A stretch of DNA of 64,000 bases from an uncultured delta proteobacterium (GTDB taxonomy: Bacteria > Desulfobacterota > Syntrophobacteria > Syntrophobacterales > Syntrophobacteraceae): contig CAWEHK010000022.1 in assembly GCA_963808625.1 (NCBI GenBank), forward strand, positions 38,097 through 102,096, written 5' to 3'. The notes beneath the pieces were generated by a model. The model did not search any database and was not told the origin of the DNA. It saw only the letters and a program-made list of their open reading frames with translations. The stretch's first letter is position 1, and every line of letters begins with the position of its first letter. Both the position numbers and the translations under genes were made by a program. Below are positions 42,174 to 63,259 of the stretch, in pieces.

Positions 42174-42713
42174 TTACTGTTTGAACGGCATGCCCATTAG
42201 TGAAAGTAACGTGCGGGCCTCATCATCCGTTCGGGCGGTGGTGACGATGGTGATATTCATCCCTTTGATCTTGTCGATTTTATCGTAATCGATTTCCGGG
42301 AAAATAATGTGTTCTTTCACTCCAAGAGTGTAATTGCCGCGCCCGTCGAGAGCCTTTGAGGAAATCCCGCGAAAATCGCGCACCCGAGGCAACGCGACAT
42401 TGACCAGTTTGTCAAAGAACTCATACATGCGGTCGCCCCGGAGAGTAACCATGCACCCGATGGGCATCCCTTTCCGGAGCTTAAAGGCGGCGATGCTCTG
42501 GCGCGCCCGGGTAATGACCGGCTTCTGCCCGGTAAGCTGGCCCAGTTCCTCGGCCGCCGAATCGAGTATCTTTATATTCTGGATCGCCTCACCCAGGCCC
42601 ATGTTGATGACGATCTTTTCGACTTTGGGGATTTGCATCGTGCTCTTGTATCGAAATTGCTCAGCGAGTTTAGGCGCTACCTCTTCCTGATACTTATCTC
42701 GCAAACGTGCCAT
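42174..42713 (-). CDS. rplE: 50S ribosomal protein L5
   Basis: [33 protein letters not shown]. Confidence 0.98.
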   Translation of the reverse strand: MARLRDKYQEEVAPKLAEQFRYKSTMQIPKVEKIVINMGLGEAIQNIKILDSAAEELGQLTGQKPVITRARQSIAAFKLRKGMPIGCMVTLRGDRMYEFFDKLVNVALPRVRDFRGISSKALDGRGNYTLGVKEHIIFPEIDYDKIDKIKGMNITIVTTARTDDEARTLLSLMGMPFKQ

Positions 42714-42757
42714 GAATTGCCTCCAATCCCGACTAAACTTCGCGACCAGGTCAACCC

Positions 42758-43086
42758 CTAGTCGATAACCTCGTTGCACTTCTTGCAGTAGCGTACTTTG
42801 CGGTCATCTTCGAGAATCCGGTAGCCCACTCTGGTCGGGTCTGTACACTTGGAACAAATCAACATCAGGTTGGACATCTGAATGGGAGACTCTTTCTCGA
42901 GTATCCCCCCTGCCTGGATTGTTGGCTTGGCTTCATGTGGCGCTTGACAAGGTTGAGCTTTTCCACAATCGCCCGGTCCTTTTTGGGGATGACGCGCATC
43001 ACCTTGCCGCTCTTACCCTTTTCCTTGCCGGCGATCACCTTTACCGTGTCGTTTTTCCTAATGCGATATTTTTTTCGTTCTTCCAT
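42758..43086 (-). CDS. rplX: 50S ribosomal protein L24 (one apparent 1-nt deletion)
   Basis: KOW motif [14 protein letters not shown]-terminus in next frame [16 protein letters not shown]....[14 protein letters not shown]. Confidence 0.95.
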
Positions 43087-43108
43087 GGAAACATGTCCTC
43101 ATCCAAAA

Positions 43109-43477
43109 CTAAAGCACTTCGGGAGCAAGCGAGATGATTTTCATGAACTGTTTGGCGCGCAATTCCCGTGCCACCGGACCGAAAATGCGGGTGCCAATGG
43201 GCTCCTTGGCTGCGTTTATAAGAACGGCGGAGTTGTCGTCAAACTTGATATAGGAACCATCCGGGCGCCTTACTTCCTTCTTGGTGCGCACCACCACGGC
43301 CCGGAGGACATCCCCTTTCTTGACTTTGGCATTGGGGATGGCTTCCTTTACCGAGACCACGATGATATCGCCGACACTTGCATAACGTTTGCGCGTGCCC
43401 CCGAGCACCTTGATACAATAAAGACGTTTTGCTCCGGAATTGTCTGCAGCGTTCAGTTGCGTTTCCGCTTGAATCAT
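43109..43477 (-). CDS. rplN: 50S ribosomal protein L14
   Basis: [27 protein letters not shown]. Confidence 0.98.
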   Translation of the reverse strand: MIQAETQLNAADNSGAKRLYCIKVLGGTRKRYASVGDIIVVSVKEAIPNAKVKKGDVLRAVVVRTKKEVRRPDGSYIKFDDNSAVLINAAKEPIGTRIFGPVARELRAKQFMKIISLAPEVL

Positions 43478-43549
43478 GGGTTACTCCGTCTTTCGTGTTG
43501 CGATCGCCAGAATCTTTCCACGTCAATCCTTCCATTCACAACACGCCAA

Positions 43550-43813
43550 TTACATGACCGCTTTATCCAACGTTCTTACCACAACCCAGCGCTTGGTTCT
43601 GCTCAGGGGCCGGCTCTCTTCGATCAGTACGCGATCTCCCACCTGACATGTATTGTTAGCGTCGTGGGCCGTGAATTTATTCTGGCGGCGAATGAACTTG
43701 TGATATTGGGAATGATGCACAAGCCGCTCGACTCTGACGACCACGGTCTTGTCCATCTTGTCGCTGATCACCGTTCCGACGCGTGTTTTCCTTCGTGACT
43801 TCTGTCCTTCCAT
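43550..43813 (-). CDS. rpsQ: 30S ribosomal protein S17
   Basis: [24 protein letters not shown]. Confidence 0.97.
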   Translation of the reverse strand: MEGQKSRRKTRVGTVISDKMDKTVVVRVERLVHHSQYHKFIRRQNKFTAHDANNTCQVGDRVLIEESRPLSRTKRWVVVRTLDKAVM

Positions 43814-43824
43814 AGGGGGTAGCC

Positions 43825-44028
43825 TCATACCGTGGTCTTGTGGTCCAGTTCACTGATGATGGTCAAAACCCGGGCAATACTCTTCCGGGTTTTATTGAGC
43901 TGTGCGGTGTTCTCCAGTTGGCCGGTCTTGTGCTGAAAGGTGAGGTTGAATAAGGCTCCTCGAAACTCATCCAGTTTCTGGAGCAATTCATCTTTAGTCA
44001 TATCCCGGAGAGCGCTGCTGGCTTTCAT
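43825..44028 (-). CDS. rpmC: 50S ribosomal protein L29
   Basis: [21 protein letters not shown]. Confidence 0.95.
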   Translation of the reverse strand: MKASSALRDMTKDELLQKLDEFRGALFNLTFQHKTGQLENTAQLNKTRKSIARVLTIISELDHKTTV

Positions 44029-44441
44029 AGAACATCCTGCCTTGACACGAAACGAGTCTGAATGGGCAGCTTATGCGCTGCTAAGTTTAAGGCCTCCCGC
44101 GCGATTGCTTCGGGAACTCCCTTGATCTCATAGAGGATACGACCGGGCCTGATCACCGCCACCCACGCTTCTGGAGAACCTTTGCCTTTGCCCATGCGAG
44201 TTTCGGCCGGCTTTTTGGTAATTGGCTTATCGGGAAAAATCCGAATCCAAACCTTGCCGCCGCGTTTAACATGGCGGGTGATGGCGACGCGCGCAGCTTC
44301 AATCTGCCGAGAGGTAGCATAGCCGTCCCCAAGAGCCTTGATGCCAAAATCCCCGAAGCTCAGGATGTTGCCCCTGGTGGCCATCCCTCTCCTGTGGCCC
44401 TTTTGTTGTTTTCTAAATTTGACTCGTTTGGGTGCTAACAT
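44025..44441 (-). CDS. rplP: 50S ribosomal protein L16
   Basis: [26 protein letters not shown]. Confidence 0.98.
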   Translation of the reverse strand: MLAPKRVKFRKQQKGHRRGMATRGNILSFGDFGIKALGDGYATSRQIEAARVAITRHVKRGGKVWIRIFPDKPITKKPAETRMGKGKGSPEAWVAVIRPGRILYEIKGVPEAIAREALNLAAHKLPIQTRFVSRQDVL

Positions 44442-44596
44442 TTAAGGTTCTCCTGTTCCTCATGGCTCACAGCCGTTGCCGGTCCCTGGCGAGTGCTTTG
44501 AGCCCATACCGAGCGGACCATAACCGTTGGTCGGTCGCGCTTCCCGCCTTATGTCTGCGCCGCACGCTGGCGAAAGCGCTGATTCCCTGCGCCTGA

Positions 44597-45223
44597 TTAG
44601 GGAAGGACCTCCCCTTTGAAGATCCAAACCTTCACTCCAATAACGCCGTAGGTGGTGCGAGCGAGGGCCGTGCCGTAGTCGATATCGGCACGCAACGTAT
44701 GAAGTGGAACGCGGCCTTCGCGATACCACTCTCTCCTGGCCATCTCGGCGCCACCCAACCGGCCTGCGGAAGCCACGCGAACTCCCTTGGCCCCGAATTT
44801 CAGGGCGGCCGTGACCGCTCGTTTCATGGCTCGCCGGAAGGCCACGCGGCGTACCAGCTGGAGGGCGATGTTTTCACCAACCAGGGTGGCATCCAATTCA
44901 GGTCGCCGGACTTCCTGAATGTCGATTAGGATTTCGCGCCTGAACTTGTTTTCCAAATCCCGTCGCAATGCTTCTATTTCGGCGCCTTTCTTGCCAATTA
45001 CAATCCCGGGGCGAGCCGTAAAAATGCGAATCTTGGCTTTATTCGCCGCACGCTCAATTTCAACGCGGGCGATGCCTGCGTGAAACAGCCGCTCCTTGAT
45101 ATATTTTCGGATCATGTGGTCTTCCTGAACCAGCTTTGCATAATCCTTCGTGGCAAACCATCTTGAATCCCAAGACTTGATGACGCCCAGACGGAACCCG
45201 GTTGGATGCACCTTTTGTCCCAA
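44597..45223 (-). CDS. rpsC: 30S ribosomal protein S3
   Basis: [36 protein letters not shown]. Confidence 0.98.
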   Translation of the reverse strand: MGQKVHPTGFRLGVIKSWDSRWFATKDYAKLVQEDHMIRKYIKERLFHAGIARVEIERAANKAKIRIFTARPGIVIGKKGAEIEALRRDLENKFRREILIDIQEVRRPELDATLVGENIALQLVRRVAFRRAMKRAVTAALKFGAKGVRVASAGRLGGAEMARREWYREGRVPLHTLRADIDYGTALARTTYGVIGVKVWIFKGEVLP

Positions 45224-45277
45224 ATTTCACCTCCGTTTGTTGTTACCCTACTGCTATAAAATCGCGATAAGTCCGGC

Positions 45278-45610
45278 TTACTTCTCAGCCAGCACCATCG
45301 TGATGTGGCTGGTGCGCTTCAGTATTCTGGTTGCTCGGCCCATTGCCCGTGGGCGCCACCGCTTCAATTTAGGGCCCTCGTCCACCAGGATGACCTTGAT
45401 GAACAGCGTATCGACATCTATGGTTCGCGCATTTTCTGCATTGGCCAGGGCGGAACGCAGGGTCTTGTTGATCAGGCGGCCACTTTTCTTGGGCAAGAAC
45501 TTGAGGATGGTCAGAGCTTCGTCAACCTTTTTTCCTCTCACCAGGTCGGCAACCAGCCGAACCTTATAGGGAGAAATGCGTAAGTATTTACCAACCGCTC
45601 GCACTTCCAT
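45278..45610 (-). CDS. rplV: 50S ribosomal protein L22
   Basis: RISP.KVRLVADLVRG, RPRAMGRA..I.KRTSHIT. Confidence 0.98.
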   Translation of the reverse strand: MEVRAVGKYLRISPYKVRLVADLVRGKKVDEALTILKFLPKKSGRLINKTLRSALANAENARTIDVDTLFIKVILVDEGPKLKRWRPRAMGRATRILKRTSHITMVLAEK

Positions 45611-45897
45611 TACTTCTTTCCTTTCACTTTCGACTTCTTGTCCCCTGCATGGCCGTAAAAGGTCCTGGTTGGCGCGAACTCTCCCAGTTTGTGTCCCACC
45701 ATATTTTCGGTGATGAAAACGGGAATGAATTTCTTGCCATTATGCACGGCGAGAGTCACCCCGACAAACTCCGGGATAATGGTAGATCTTCTCGACCACG
45801 TTTTGATGATCTTGCGATCACCCGTATCTTTTGCTCTGGATACCTTCTCAAGGACGTGACCATCAACAAATGGTCCTTTTTTCAGCGAGCGAGGCAC
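45610..45897 (-). CDS. rpsS: 30S ribosomal protein S19
   Basis: [27 protein letters not shown]. Confidence 0.98.
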   Translation of the reverse strand: MPRSLKKGPFVDGHVLEKVSRAKDTGDRKIIKTWSRRSTIIPEFVGVTLAVHNGKKFIPVFITENMVGHKLGEFAPTRTFYGHAGDKKSKVKGKK

Positions 45898-45969
45898 CTT
45901 TTCCTCCTTTTCATGCCCTGCTTTCCTGCCTTCGAGCTGTTCTCAAAGGCTGCAGGCCACATTAGAGTG

Positions 45970-46791
45970 CTATTTTCTCCGCCGTACGATCAGCTTGTCA
46001 CTGCGTTTGGACTTCCGCGTACGATAACCCTTCGTAGGAACTCCCCAGGGGGTGCACGGATGCCTTCCTCCGGAACTCCTGCCTTCCCCGCCGCCCATCG
46101 GATGGTCGACAGGGTTCATGGCCACCCCGCGAACATGGGGACGGCGTCCCGCCCAGCGGGTCCGGCCCGCCTTGCCCAGAGACCTGTTTTCGTGATCAAT
46201 GTTGCCAACCTGACCAATCGTTGCCTTGCAACTGATGGGTACCATGCGCATTTCGGTGGAAGGCAGGCGCAGAATGGCGTGCTTCCCTTCCTTGGCAATC
46301 AATTGCGTACTGCAACCGGCGGAGCGAGCCAGTTGCGCGCCTTTGCCGGGTTTCAATTCGATGTTATGGACCACCGTGCCCAAAGGAATATCGGACAGAC
46401 GCAGGCAGTTGCCGGGTTTGATATCAGCATCACCGCTGGTGAGCACCGTGTCGCCTACAGAAAGCCCCACCGGTGCGAGGATATAGCGCTTTTCGCCGTC
46501 CTTGTAATGGAGCAGCGCGATGTTGGCGGAGCGATTGGGATCATATTCAATGCTCGCAACCCGGGCAGGAATGTTTTCCTTGTCTCGCTTGAAATCGATG
46601 ATCCGATAGCGGCGCTTGTGCCCCCCGCCCCGATGCCAGGCCGTGACCTGACCGGAGTTGTTCCGCCCGCCAGACTTCTTCAGAGGCTCAACGAGACTCT
46701 TGCAGGGCTCAGCAGCGGTTATCTCGGTGAAAGTGCTGTAGCTCTGAAACCTGCGGCCGGGAGATGTTGGATTTACTTTTCTAATGCCCAT
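45970..46791 (-). CDS. rplB: 50S ribosomal protein L2
   Basis: [37 protein letters not shown]. Confidence 0.98.
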   Translation of the reverse strand: MGIRKVNPTSPGRRFQSYSTFTEITAAEPCKSLVEPLKKSGGRNNSGQVTAWHRGGGHKRRYRIIDFKRDKENIPARVASIEYDPNRSANIALLHYKDGEKRYILAPVGLSVGDTVLTSGDADIKPGNCLRLSDIPLGTVVHNIELKPGKGAQLARSAGCSTQLIAKEGKHAILRLPSTEMRMVPISCKATIGQVGNIDHENRSLGKAGRTRWAGRRPHVRGVAMNPVDHPMGGGEGRSSGGRHPCTPWGVPTKGYRTRKSKRSDKLIVRRRK

Positions 46792-46808
46792 GGATGTCCT
46801 CTCTCAGA

Positions 46809-47102
46809 TCACACACCTTCGAAGAATTCGACGCGCTGGCCCGGTTTGATGGTGACCATGGCCTTCTTCCAATCCGAACGCTTGGTGAAGAAACGGCCGA
46901 CGCGCTTTTTCTTCCCCCTCATATTCATCGTGGTGACGTCCAGAACATTGACCTTGAACATCTGTTCCACAGCTTGCTTGATCTCGATTTTGTTCGCCCG
47001 CCGATCGACCTCGAAAAGGAGCCGGTTATTCTTCTCTTTTTCCGAAGTGCTCTTTTCGGTAATGAGAGGACGTTTCAGAATCTCATACGCTTTCCTGTTC
47101 AT
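46809..47102 (-). CDS. rplW: 50S ribosomal protein L23
   Basis: [22 protein letters not shown]. Confidence 0.97.
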   Translation of the reverse strand: MNRKAYEILKRPLITEKSTSEKEKNNRLLFEVDRRANKIEIKQAVEQMFKVNVLDVTTMNMRGKKKRVGRFFTKRSDWKKAMVTIKPGQRVEFFEGV

Positions 47103-47722
47103 GATCCCAATGTCTCCTCTATTTTTCCGATGCACTCTTGAGTCAGGAGCACTTTGTGGTAGTCAAGGAGATCGTAGACGTTCAACCCTTCGGACCGTAA
47201 GACTTTAACGTTGGGGATGTTGCGCGCGGACTTCTCCACGGTCTCGTCAGAGCGGGGAAGGACGACCAGGGTCTTCCCGAGTTCAAATCGCTCCAGTACC
47301 GCGACAAAGTCCTTGGTCTTGATCCGGTCCAGGTGCAGCGTGTCCAGAACGGTCAGTTCCTGATCCAAAAGCTTTTGGGTCAGAGCCATTTTCAGGGCCA
47401 AGCGGCGCACCTTTTTGGGGACTCGCATATCGTAGGATCTGGGCTGCGGCCCATGGATCGTGCCACCCCCGCGCCAGACGGGTGATCGACTGGTCCCCGC
47501 GCGTGCGCGCCCGGTTCCTTTCTGTCGCCAAGGTTTCTTGCCGCCTCCGGCGATCTCGCTTCTTCCCTTGGTCTTTGCCGTCCCCGCTCGACGTTTGGCC
47601 AATTGGTATAAAACCACCTCATGCATGACATGGGGTTTCACCGGGACAGCAAAAATGCTGTCGCTCAGCTCCACCTGGCCGATAACGGTTCGCTCAATAT
47701 TGTACACATCCACGGTTGGCAT
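47099..47722 (-). CDS. rplD: 50S ribosomal protein L4
   Basis: [31 protein letters not shown]. Confidence 0.98.
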   Translation of the reverse strand: MPTVDVYNIERTVIGQVELSDSIFAVPVKPHVMHEVVLYQLAKRRAGTAKTKGRSEIAGGGKKPWRQKGTGRARAGTSRSPVWRGGGTIHGPQPRSYDMRVPKKVRRLALKMALTQKLLDQELTVLDTLHLDRIKTKDFVAVLERFELGKTLVVLPRSDETVEKSARNIPNVKVLRSEGLNVYDLLDYHKVLLTQECIGKIEETLGS

Positions 47723-47761
47723 AGCGTTCCTCAAATTCTCCCGCACACGACTTCGATGAAG

Positions 47762-48394
47762 TTACCTAACCCGGTTGTTTTTGCGGATATAAATAATCCC
47801 ATTCCGGCTGCCCGGGACAGATCCCCTGACAATCAACAGATTCTCTTCGGGCCGAATATCCACAATTTTCAGACCCATAAGCGTCACCCGCTTATTGCCT
47901 TTTTGGCCAGGCATCTTTTTCCCTTTGATCACCCGACCCGGGAACGTGGCATTCCCGGTGGAACCGGGTTCTCTTATGTTTTTGGAGCCATGAGCTGCAG
48001 GGCCTCGCTGGAAATTCCAACGCCTGATCGTACCCGCAAAGCCTTTTCCTTTGCTGATCCCGGTCACGTCAACGACCTCCCCGATGGCAAAAACATCCAC
48101 CAAGAGCTCTTGGCCCGGCTGAAAGTCGCCGATCTCGTCCATCCTTACCTCGTGCAGGACTCGGAAATAGCCTTTGCCCACTTTATCGAGGTGGCCCTTC
48201 TCAGGCTTATTGACATTCTTGGGCTTCACTTTTCCATAACCAAGTTGCAGAGCAGAATACCCGTCTTTGTCGGGGGTTTTAATTTGGGTTACCACGCAGG
48301 GTCCGGCCTCAATCAAGGTCACCGGCACAACACTGCCATCCTCAGCAAAAAGCTGGGCCATATCTAATTTACGTCCGATAATTGCTTTGACCAT
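47762..48394 (-). CDS. rplC: 50S ribosomal protein L3
   Basis: PVTLIEAGP, DGYSALQLG, SKGKGFAG, PGRVIKGKKMPG. Confidence 0.98.
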   Translation of the reverse strand: MVKAIIGRKLDMAQLFAEDGSVVPVTLIEAGPCVVTQIKTPDKDGYSALQLGYGKVKPKNVNKPEKGHLDKVGKGYFRVLHEVRMDEIGDFQPGQELLVDVFAIGEVVDVTGISKGKGFAGTIRRWNFQRGPAAHGSKNIREPGSTGNATFPGRVIKGKKMPGQKGNKRVTLMGLKIVDIRPEENLLIVRGSVPGSRNGIIYIRKNNRVR

Positions 48395-48433
48395 GAGCTC
48401 CGCTCTCTTTCAGAAAACAATACCCTCAAGAGG

Positions 48434-48745
48434 TTACAGCTTTATCTCCACATCGACTCCCGCAGAAAGGTCCAGTTTCATAAGGGAATCAACAGTTTGC
48501 TGGGTCGGGTCCAGGATGTCGATGAGGCGTTTGTGAACGCGGATTTCGAACTGCTCCCTGGACTTCTTGTCGACATGTGGAGATCGCAGCACCGTGTATC
48601 TGTGAATTTTGGTGGGCAGCGGAATCGGCCCTGCAACTCGAGCGCCCGTCTTTTTTGCCGTCATGACAATCTCGTTGGTGGACTGATCCAACAATTTGTG
48701 GTCGTAAGCTTTTAAGCGGATGCGAATTCTTTGATTCGTCATCAT
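48434..48745 (-). CDS. rpsJ: 30S ribosomal protein S10
   Basis: [30 protein letters not shown]. Confidence 0.98.
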   Translation of the reverse strand: MMTNQRIRIRLKAYDHKLLDQSTNEIVMTAKKTGARVAGPIPLPTKIHRYTVLRSPHVDKKSREQFEIRVHKRLIDILDPTQQTVDSLMKLDLSAGVDVEIKL

Positions 48746-48818
48746 AAATGTTATTCCTGCGTGTTCGAATTAGGGTTCGCGCCGGGGGGCACGGTATGTC
48801 GCCAAGCCCGGCAATGGG

Positions 48819-50012
<1,194 letters not shown>

Positions 50013-50158
50013 CGCTTCTCCTTCTCGCCAGAACTCAACACCGTGGTTGCCTGGTACGGCGCGTCGCCTCTGACCATGCCGACCAGCTCTGCAAAACGCT
50101 TCTCCAGGTCACTTCTTTTGGAACGTTTTCCCGCTAATCATGATTTCGGCTTACGCAA

Positions 50159-50629
50159 CTACCATCGGTAGTGGGCAAAGGCCTTGTTCGCCTCAGCCAT
50201 GCGATGGGTGTCTTCACGCTTCTTGACGGAGCCTCCACGGCTTTGTGCTGCGTCCAGCAATTCTCCGGCAAGCTTCTGAACCATGGTCTTCTCGGAGCGT
50301 TGTTTGGCGTAGTTGATGATCCAGCGCATTGCCAGAGCATCCCTCCGTTCATTGCGAACTTCTACCGGGACCTGGTAGGTGGCCCCCCCCACGCGCCTTG
50401 ACTTTACCTCAATAACGGGTCTGACATTGTCCAAAGCCTTGTGGAACACCTCAAGGGGATCCTGTTTGCTGCGCTGTTCGATCAGATCCAAGGCCCCGTA
50501 AAATATCTGTTCCGCCAGACTCTTTTTGCCACGGCGCATGACATTGTTCATGAACTTAGCAACCAGTTTGCTGTTGTGCTTGGGATCCGGCAGAACGTCA
50601 CGTTTTGGAACTTCCCTTCTTCTTGGCAT
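50159..50629 (-). CDS. rpsG: 30S ribosomal protein S7
   Basis: [33 protein letters not shown]. Confidence 0.98.
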   Translation of the reverse strand: MPRRREVPKRDVLPDPKHNSKLVAKFMNNVMRRGKKSLAEQIFYGALDLIEQRSKQDPLEVFHKALDNVRPVIEVKSRRVGGATYQVPVEVRNERRDALAMRWIINYAKQRSEKTMVQKLAGELLDAAQSRGGSVKKREDTHRMAEANKAFAHYRW

Positions 50630-50721
50630 CAGTTTCCTCGACCCACCAAATTATGCAAAAGATAAATAAGGCCATGACTGAAGACCTTAAGCCATGGCCC
50701 CAAGAGGTTTGCCATAGTTCT

Positions 50722-51093
50722 CTATTTGGGTTTCTTGGTCCCGTATTTGGAACGCCCCTGCTTGCGGTCGGCAACCCCGAGAGCATCCAAGGTCCCACGA
50801 ATAATATGGTAGCGGACGCCCGGCAAGTCCTTGACACGACCGCCGCGAATAAGAACTACCGAGTGTTCCTGAAGGTTGTGGCCAATCCCGGGGATGTAAG
50901 ACGTCACTTCGATCCCGTTGGTCAGGCGCACACGGGCAATTTTCCGCAGAGCCGAGTTGGGTTTCTTGGGAGTAGTCGTATACACCCTGACACATACCCC
51001 GCGTTTCTGAGGGCAGCTTTGGAGAGCCGGCGTACTTGACTTCTTCCTGATCTCTTCTCGCCCTTTTCGGACCAGTTGGCTGATAGTGGGCAT
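50722..51093 (-). CDS. rpsL: 30S ribosomal protein S12
   Basis: [23 protein letters not shown]. Confidence 0.99.
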   Translation of the reverse strand: MPTISQLVRKGREEIRKKSSTPALQSCPQKRGVCVRVYTTTPKKPNSALRKIARVRLTNGIEVTSYIPGIGHNLQEHSVVLIRGGRVKDLPGVRYHIIRGTLDALGVADRKQGRSKYGTKKPK

Positions 51094-51172
51094 TACTTAT
51101 TCTCTCCGTTTCTTTCGGAAATCTCTTTTCTAAGGCTCCGACGGATCCTGAGCCTTTAGTTCCAAAACTGCT

Positions 51173-51201
51173 CTTCTACAGGTTGAGGACCCTTTTGTCA
51201 A
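51173..51201 (-). promoter_or_regulatory. Possible sigma70 promoter for rpsL
   Basis: Minus strand TTGACA-17 bp-TAGAAG (weak -10). Confidence 0.35.
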
Positions 51202-51227
51202 GAGCTATTAAATCCGGACGGTTGATT

Positions 51228-59425
<8,198 letters not shown>

Positions 59426-59537
59426 GCTGACTCCTGCAACTTAATAACTGATGAGCAAAGAGTGATTCGTTTGACATCCTCGATCAAAACCAGAATCCAC
59501 GACACTCCCTACATTATTAAGGTGCTAAAAAATTGAA

Positions 59538-59581
59538 ATCGGAAACCGGCGTGAGCGCACTGCTTTCAGCCGATTTCCGAT
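59538..59581 (-). terminator. Hairpin between rplL and rpoB (possible attenuator)
   Basis: atcggaaaccggc...gccgatttccgat stem followed on the minus strand by ttcaatttttt. Confidence 0.55.
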
Positions 59582-59602
59582 GTACAAGCAGAGAAGGGGA
59601 AC

Positions 59603-59990
59603 TTATTTGATTTCGACGGTGGCGCCTGCCTCGGTCAGCTGTTTGGCGACAGCCTCTGCTTCGGGCTTGGGAATGCCTTCCTTGACGATACCGGGAAGCT
59701 TTTCCACCAGGTCCTTCGCTTCTTTGAGACCCAGGCTGGTTATCGCCCGCACTTCCTTAATAACATTTATCTTCTTGTCGCCCACACCCGGTGATCACCA
59801 CCGAGAACTCGGTCTGCTCCTCGACCGGGGCAGCTTCAGCCGCACCCGCACCGGGCATGGCGGCCATGGCCATGGGTGCCGCCGCGCTCACTCCGAACCG
59901 CTCTTCCAGTTCCTTAACAAGACCGCTCAGCTCCAAGACCGTCATGTCTTCAATAAACTTGATGACATCCTCTTTACTGACATTGGACAT
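59603..59990 (-). CDS. rplL: 50S ribosomal protein L7/L12 (one apparent indel)
   Basis: [48 protein letters not shown]. Confidence 0.96.
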
Positions 59991-60012
59991 TTCTTGCTTC
60001 CTCCATTCGGAA

Positions 60013-60535
60013 TTATGCTTGTTCTTTCTGCTGCTGAATAGCCGCCAGCACACCAACAAATGATCTCGGCACCCCGCTCAAAACCGTGACCAGGCCCGTA
60101 GGCACCGCCTTGAGCGTGCCCAAAAGTTTGCCCAAAAGCTCTTCTCGCGGCGGCAAATCTGCCAGGGCGCCCACTTGGTCTACATTGAGGAGATGTTTCC
60201 CCAGGGCCCCGGCTTTGACCTTCAGCTTCTCATTGGTCTTGCCGTACTTCTTGATGATCTTGGCTGGGATCGAGGGGTCCCCGTAGCTGATGGCAACCGC
60301 ACAAGTGCCCACCAATAGCGGGCTGCAGCACAGCAGCGCTGGTATCCTGGCTTGCCAGGCGCATGAGCGTGTTCTTGACGACACAGTAATCGATTTGCTC
60401 TGCTGCCAGAGCGTTGCGCAGGTCCGTCATCTCCGCGACGGTGAGTCCCTTGAAATCGGTCAGAATAGTCGCCGTGGCACGCTGCAGCTTTTGATGCAGT
60501 TCCGCAACCACTTGCTCCTTTTTGGCTCGCTCCAA
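60013..60535 (-). CDS. rplJ: 50S ribosomal protein L10 (one apparent indel)
   Basis: [28 protein letters not shown]. Confidence 0.95.
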
Positions 60536-60655
60536 AGTCTATCTACCCTCCCTTCTTCTGCCGGTGCGCTTTCGACTTCATCCTGTTGCTCCTCCTGGGG
60601 CAGGAGCACCAGAGGATCGGTCATTTGAGTCCGTGAGCCTGATTGGGTCCTTCAC

Positions 60656-60726
60656 CCATCTCGGTAGGCTCCCCGAAATCCAAGGGGTTTTAAACACCTC
60701 TCAGATGTACCTACGGTCTCAGACAG
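60656..60726 (-). ncRNA. Ribosomal protein L10 leader (core)
   Basis: Minus strand ctgtctgagaccgtaggt...ttaaa...cctaccgagatgg matches the recalled AGAC-GUAGG...UUAA...CCUAC-AGA L10 leader pattern; located in the rplA-rplJ spacer. Confidence 0.75.
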
Positions 60727-60784
60727 CTGAAAGCACCAAACGGCAGTTTTGTCATTTACTCCACTTTGCCCCCGGATTTGGGGA

Positions 60785-61489
60785 CTATGACATGATCGCT
60801 TTCACCGCCAGGGGATCGATCTGAATTCCCGGTCCCATAGTCGTTGAAATGGCAATGCCCCGCAGATAAGTACCCTTGGCCGCTGATCGGCTTAAGGCGG
60901 ATGAGCGTGTCCATGAACGCGGAAATGTTCTGGATGAGCTTTTCCTGGCCGAACGAAACCTTGCCCATGGGCGCGTGAACAATACCGGTCTTCTCCACGC
61001 GGAAATCCACCTTACCCGCTTTGATTTCTTTGACCACTTTGGAAGATCAAAGGTGACGGTCCCGATTTTCGCGTTGGGCATAAGGCCTCGAGGTCCGAGG
61101 ACCTTACCGATCTTGCCGACCGCTCCCATCATGTCAGGCGTGGCCACGGTCTTATCGAAATCAAGCCAGCCTTCCTTGATCTTATCGACGAGCTCATCGC
61201 CGCCGGCATAATCGGCCCCGGCATCGAGGGCTTCTTTGACCTTTTCTCCTTTGGCAAAAACCAGGACGCGCACCGTTTTGCCGAGCCCGTTGGGCAGTAG
61301 GACGGTGCCGCGCACCATTTGGTCCGCATGGCGCGGGTCAACGCCCAGGCGCACGGCGATGTCCAGGGTTTCGTCAAATTTGGAAAAGGTGCATTCTGTC
61401 GCCAGTTGGACGGCTTCATGAAAGGTGTAACGCCTGCCGGGATCAATCTTGGCATGCGCAGCACGATATTTTTTTCCGTGTTTCGCCAT
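60785..61489 (-). CDS. rplA: 50S ribosomal protein L1 (two compensating apparent indels)
   Basis: [52 protein letters not shown]. Confidence 0.96.
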   Translation of the reverse strand: MAKHGKKYRAAHAKIDPGRRYTFHEAVQLATECTFSKFDETLDIAVRLGVDPRHADQMVRGTVLLPNGLGKTVRVLVFAKGEKVKEALDAGADYAGGDELVDKIKEGWLDFDKTVATPDMMGAVGKIGKVLGPRGLMPNAKIGTVTFDLPKWSKKSKRVRWISAWRRPVLFTRPWARFRSARKSSSRTFPRSWTRSSALSRSAAKGTYLRGIAISTTMGPGIQIDPLAVKAIMS

Positions 61490-61539
61490 CTTCAACTCTC
61501 CAAAAACTTAACGGTCAATACGTCGGTGATGACGCATCC

Positions 61540-61963
61540 CTATTCGATTTCAATTCCCATACTTCGGGCTGTTCCCTCAATCGTGACAATGGCGGCCTGC
61601 AAGGTCCCGAGCATTGAGGTCGGGCATCTTCAGCCTGGCGATCTCCTCGACCTGCGCCTTGGTGACCTTCGCCACTTTGGTGCGGTTCGGTTCGGCGGAG
61701 CCCTTGGCAATTTGGGCGGCTTTCTTGAGGAGAATCGCTGCTGGCGGAGTTTTCGTGATAAAAGTGAAGCTGCGATCCGCGTATACCGTGATGACCACCG
61801 GAATGATCATGCCCTCCTGTCCCTGCGTCCGTGCATTGAACGCTTTGCAGAATTCCATAATGTTCACGCCATGTTGGCCTAAAGCTGGGCCAATTGGAGG
61901 CGACGGATTCGCTTGCCCGGCGGGGACCTGCAGTTTGATGTTTGCTACAACTTTTTTTGCCAT
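61540..61963 (-). CDS. rplK: 50S ribosomal protein L11 (apparent indel near 3' end)
   Basis: [42 protein letters not shown]. Confidence 0.96.
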
Positions 61964-62005
61964 CCTGTTCCTGACTCCTGATCTGTATCCTGGTCGCCTC
62001 GGTGC

Positions 62006-62537
62006 CTAGAGACGATTCACCTGAATGAAATCAAGCTCGACCGGTGTGGATCGTCCGAAAATGCTGACGAGCACCCGTACTTTTCCCTTTTCCGGCATCA
62101 CTTCGTCTACGAGTTCCGTTAAAGTTGGCAAAAGGACCATCAACGACCCGTACCTCATCGCCTTTCTCAAACCGATACTTGGGGCGGGGCTTCTGGGCGC
62201 CTTCCTGCATCTGCTGGATGATGGCCTCAGCTTCTTCGTCGGACAGCGAAATAGGACGCTCCTGGCTGCCAATAAAGCCTGTCACTTTTGGCGTGTGGCG
62301 CACCAGGTGCCAGGTCTCATCGTCTAGCTCCATCTGCACCAAAATGTACCCGGGATAGAACTTACGGGAAGAAGCCTTGCGCTGTCCCTTCACCAGTTCG
62401 ATCACTTTTTCCGTGGGCACCAGGACCTGGCCGAATAGAGCCTCTTTCCTATCGGTTTTGATGCGTTCCTCCAAAGCCGATTTGACCTTGTGCTCAAAAC
62501 CCGAATATGTATGCACGATGTACCACTTTTTCGCCAC
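62006..62537 (-). CDS. nusG: Transcription termination/antitermination factor NusG (one apparent indel)
   Basis: [48 protein letters not shown]. Confidence 0.96.
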
Positions 62538-62604
62538 GAAACTACTCCGCTGAAACTGGTGTTCGCATCGAACGCCTCTGCTTTCGAAGCGAAGGGAATT
62601 CTCG

Positions 62605-62959
62605 CTATCCGACAAAAACTCGTATCAAGCGACTCAGAATCAAGTCCACAATCGCCGAGAAAGATCCCACAAATGAGCACAATCACCAAGACCACCGACG
62701 TCGACCCAATGGTTTCCTTCCGCGACGGCCACACTACCCGGCGCAATTCATAGACAACTTCCCTGAGATATTGCGCGAGCTTTCCCACCAGGGCGTCCGG
62801 GTTTCATCCGGCTTCTTAGGGGTCTTCTTGGCGGATCGGCCTTTTTTGTTTTTACGGCCTTCTGCTCGCCCTTCTTCAGGGATTCAGCCTTCTGCGCCTT
62901 GGCGGGGGGCGTCCACCGCCTTGATCGTTTTTCTTCTGAAATAGCTTCGTCAAATCCAT
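62605..62959 (-). CDS. secE: Preprotein translocase SecE with Lys-rich N-terminal extension (apparent indels; start uncertain)
   Basis: YLREVVYELRRVVWPSRKET followed by a single TM helix; upstream MDLTKLFQKK... Confidence 0.85.
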
Positions 62960-63079
62960 CTATGTCATCTGCTTCTTGTCAGTTCGAGCTCGATTCCGGG
63001 AAAAGCCGTGCCCGGCTGCTTCCTCGAAGACTGAGCCTGTCAACAGCCCAACGGTCAGCCGCCACCCCGGTGGCACGGC

Positions 63080-63229
63080 TCACTTGGTTTCTTTGTGCTC
63101 CGTATGAGCGTCACAAAACCTGCAATATTTACGAAAACTTAGTTTCTCGGGCGTGGTTCGCTTATTCTTCGTCGTGGTGTAATTGCGCCTCTTGCATTCC
63201 GAGCACGCCAGGGTCACGAGAACTCGCAT
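63080..63229 (-). CDS. rpmG: 50S ribosomal protein L33, zinc-binding form (below ORF-track cutoff)
   Basis: Hand translation [49 protein letters not shown]. Confidence 0.97.
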   Translation of the reverse strand: MRVLVTLACSECKRRNYTTTKNKRTTPEKLSFRKYCRFCDAHTEHKETK

Positions 63230-63259
63230 GGTCGTCTATCCTGTTCTTTCGCTTTGCAG

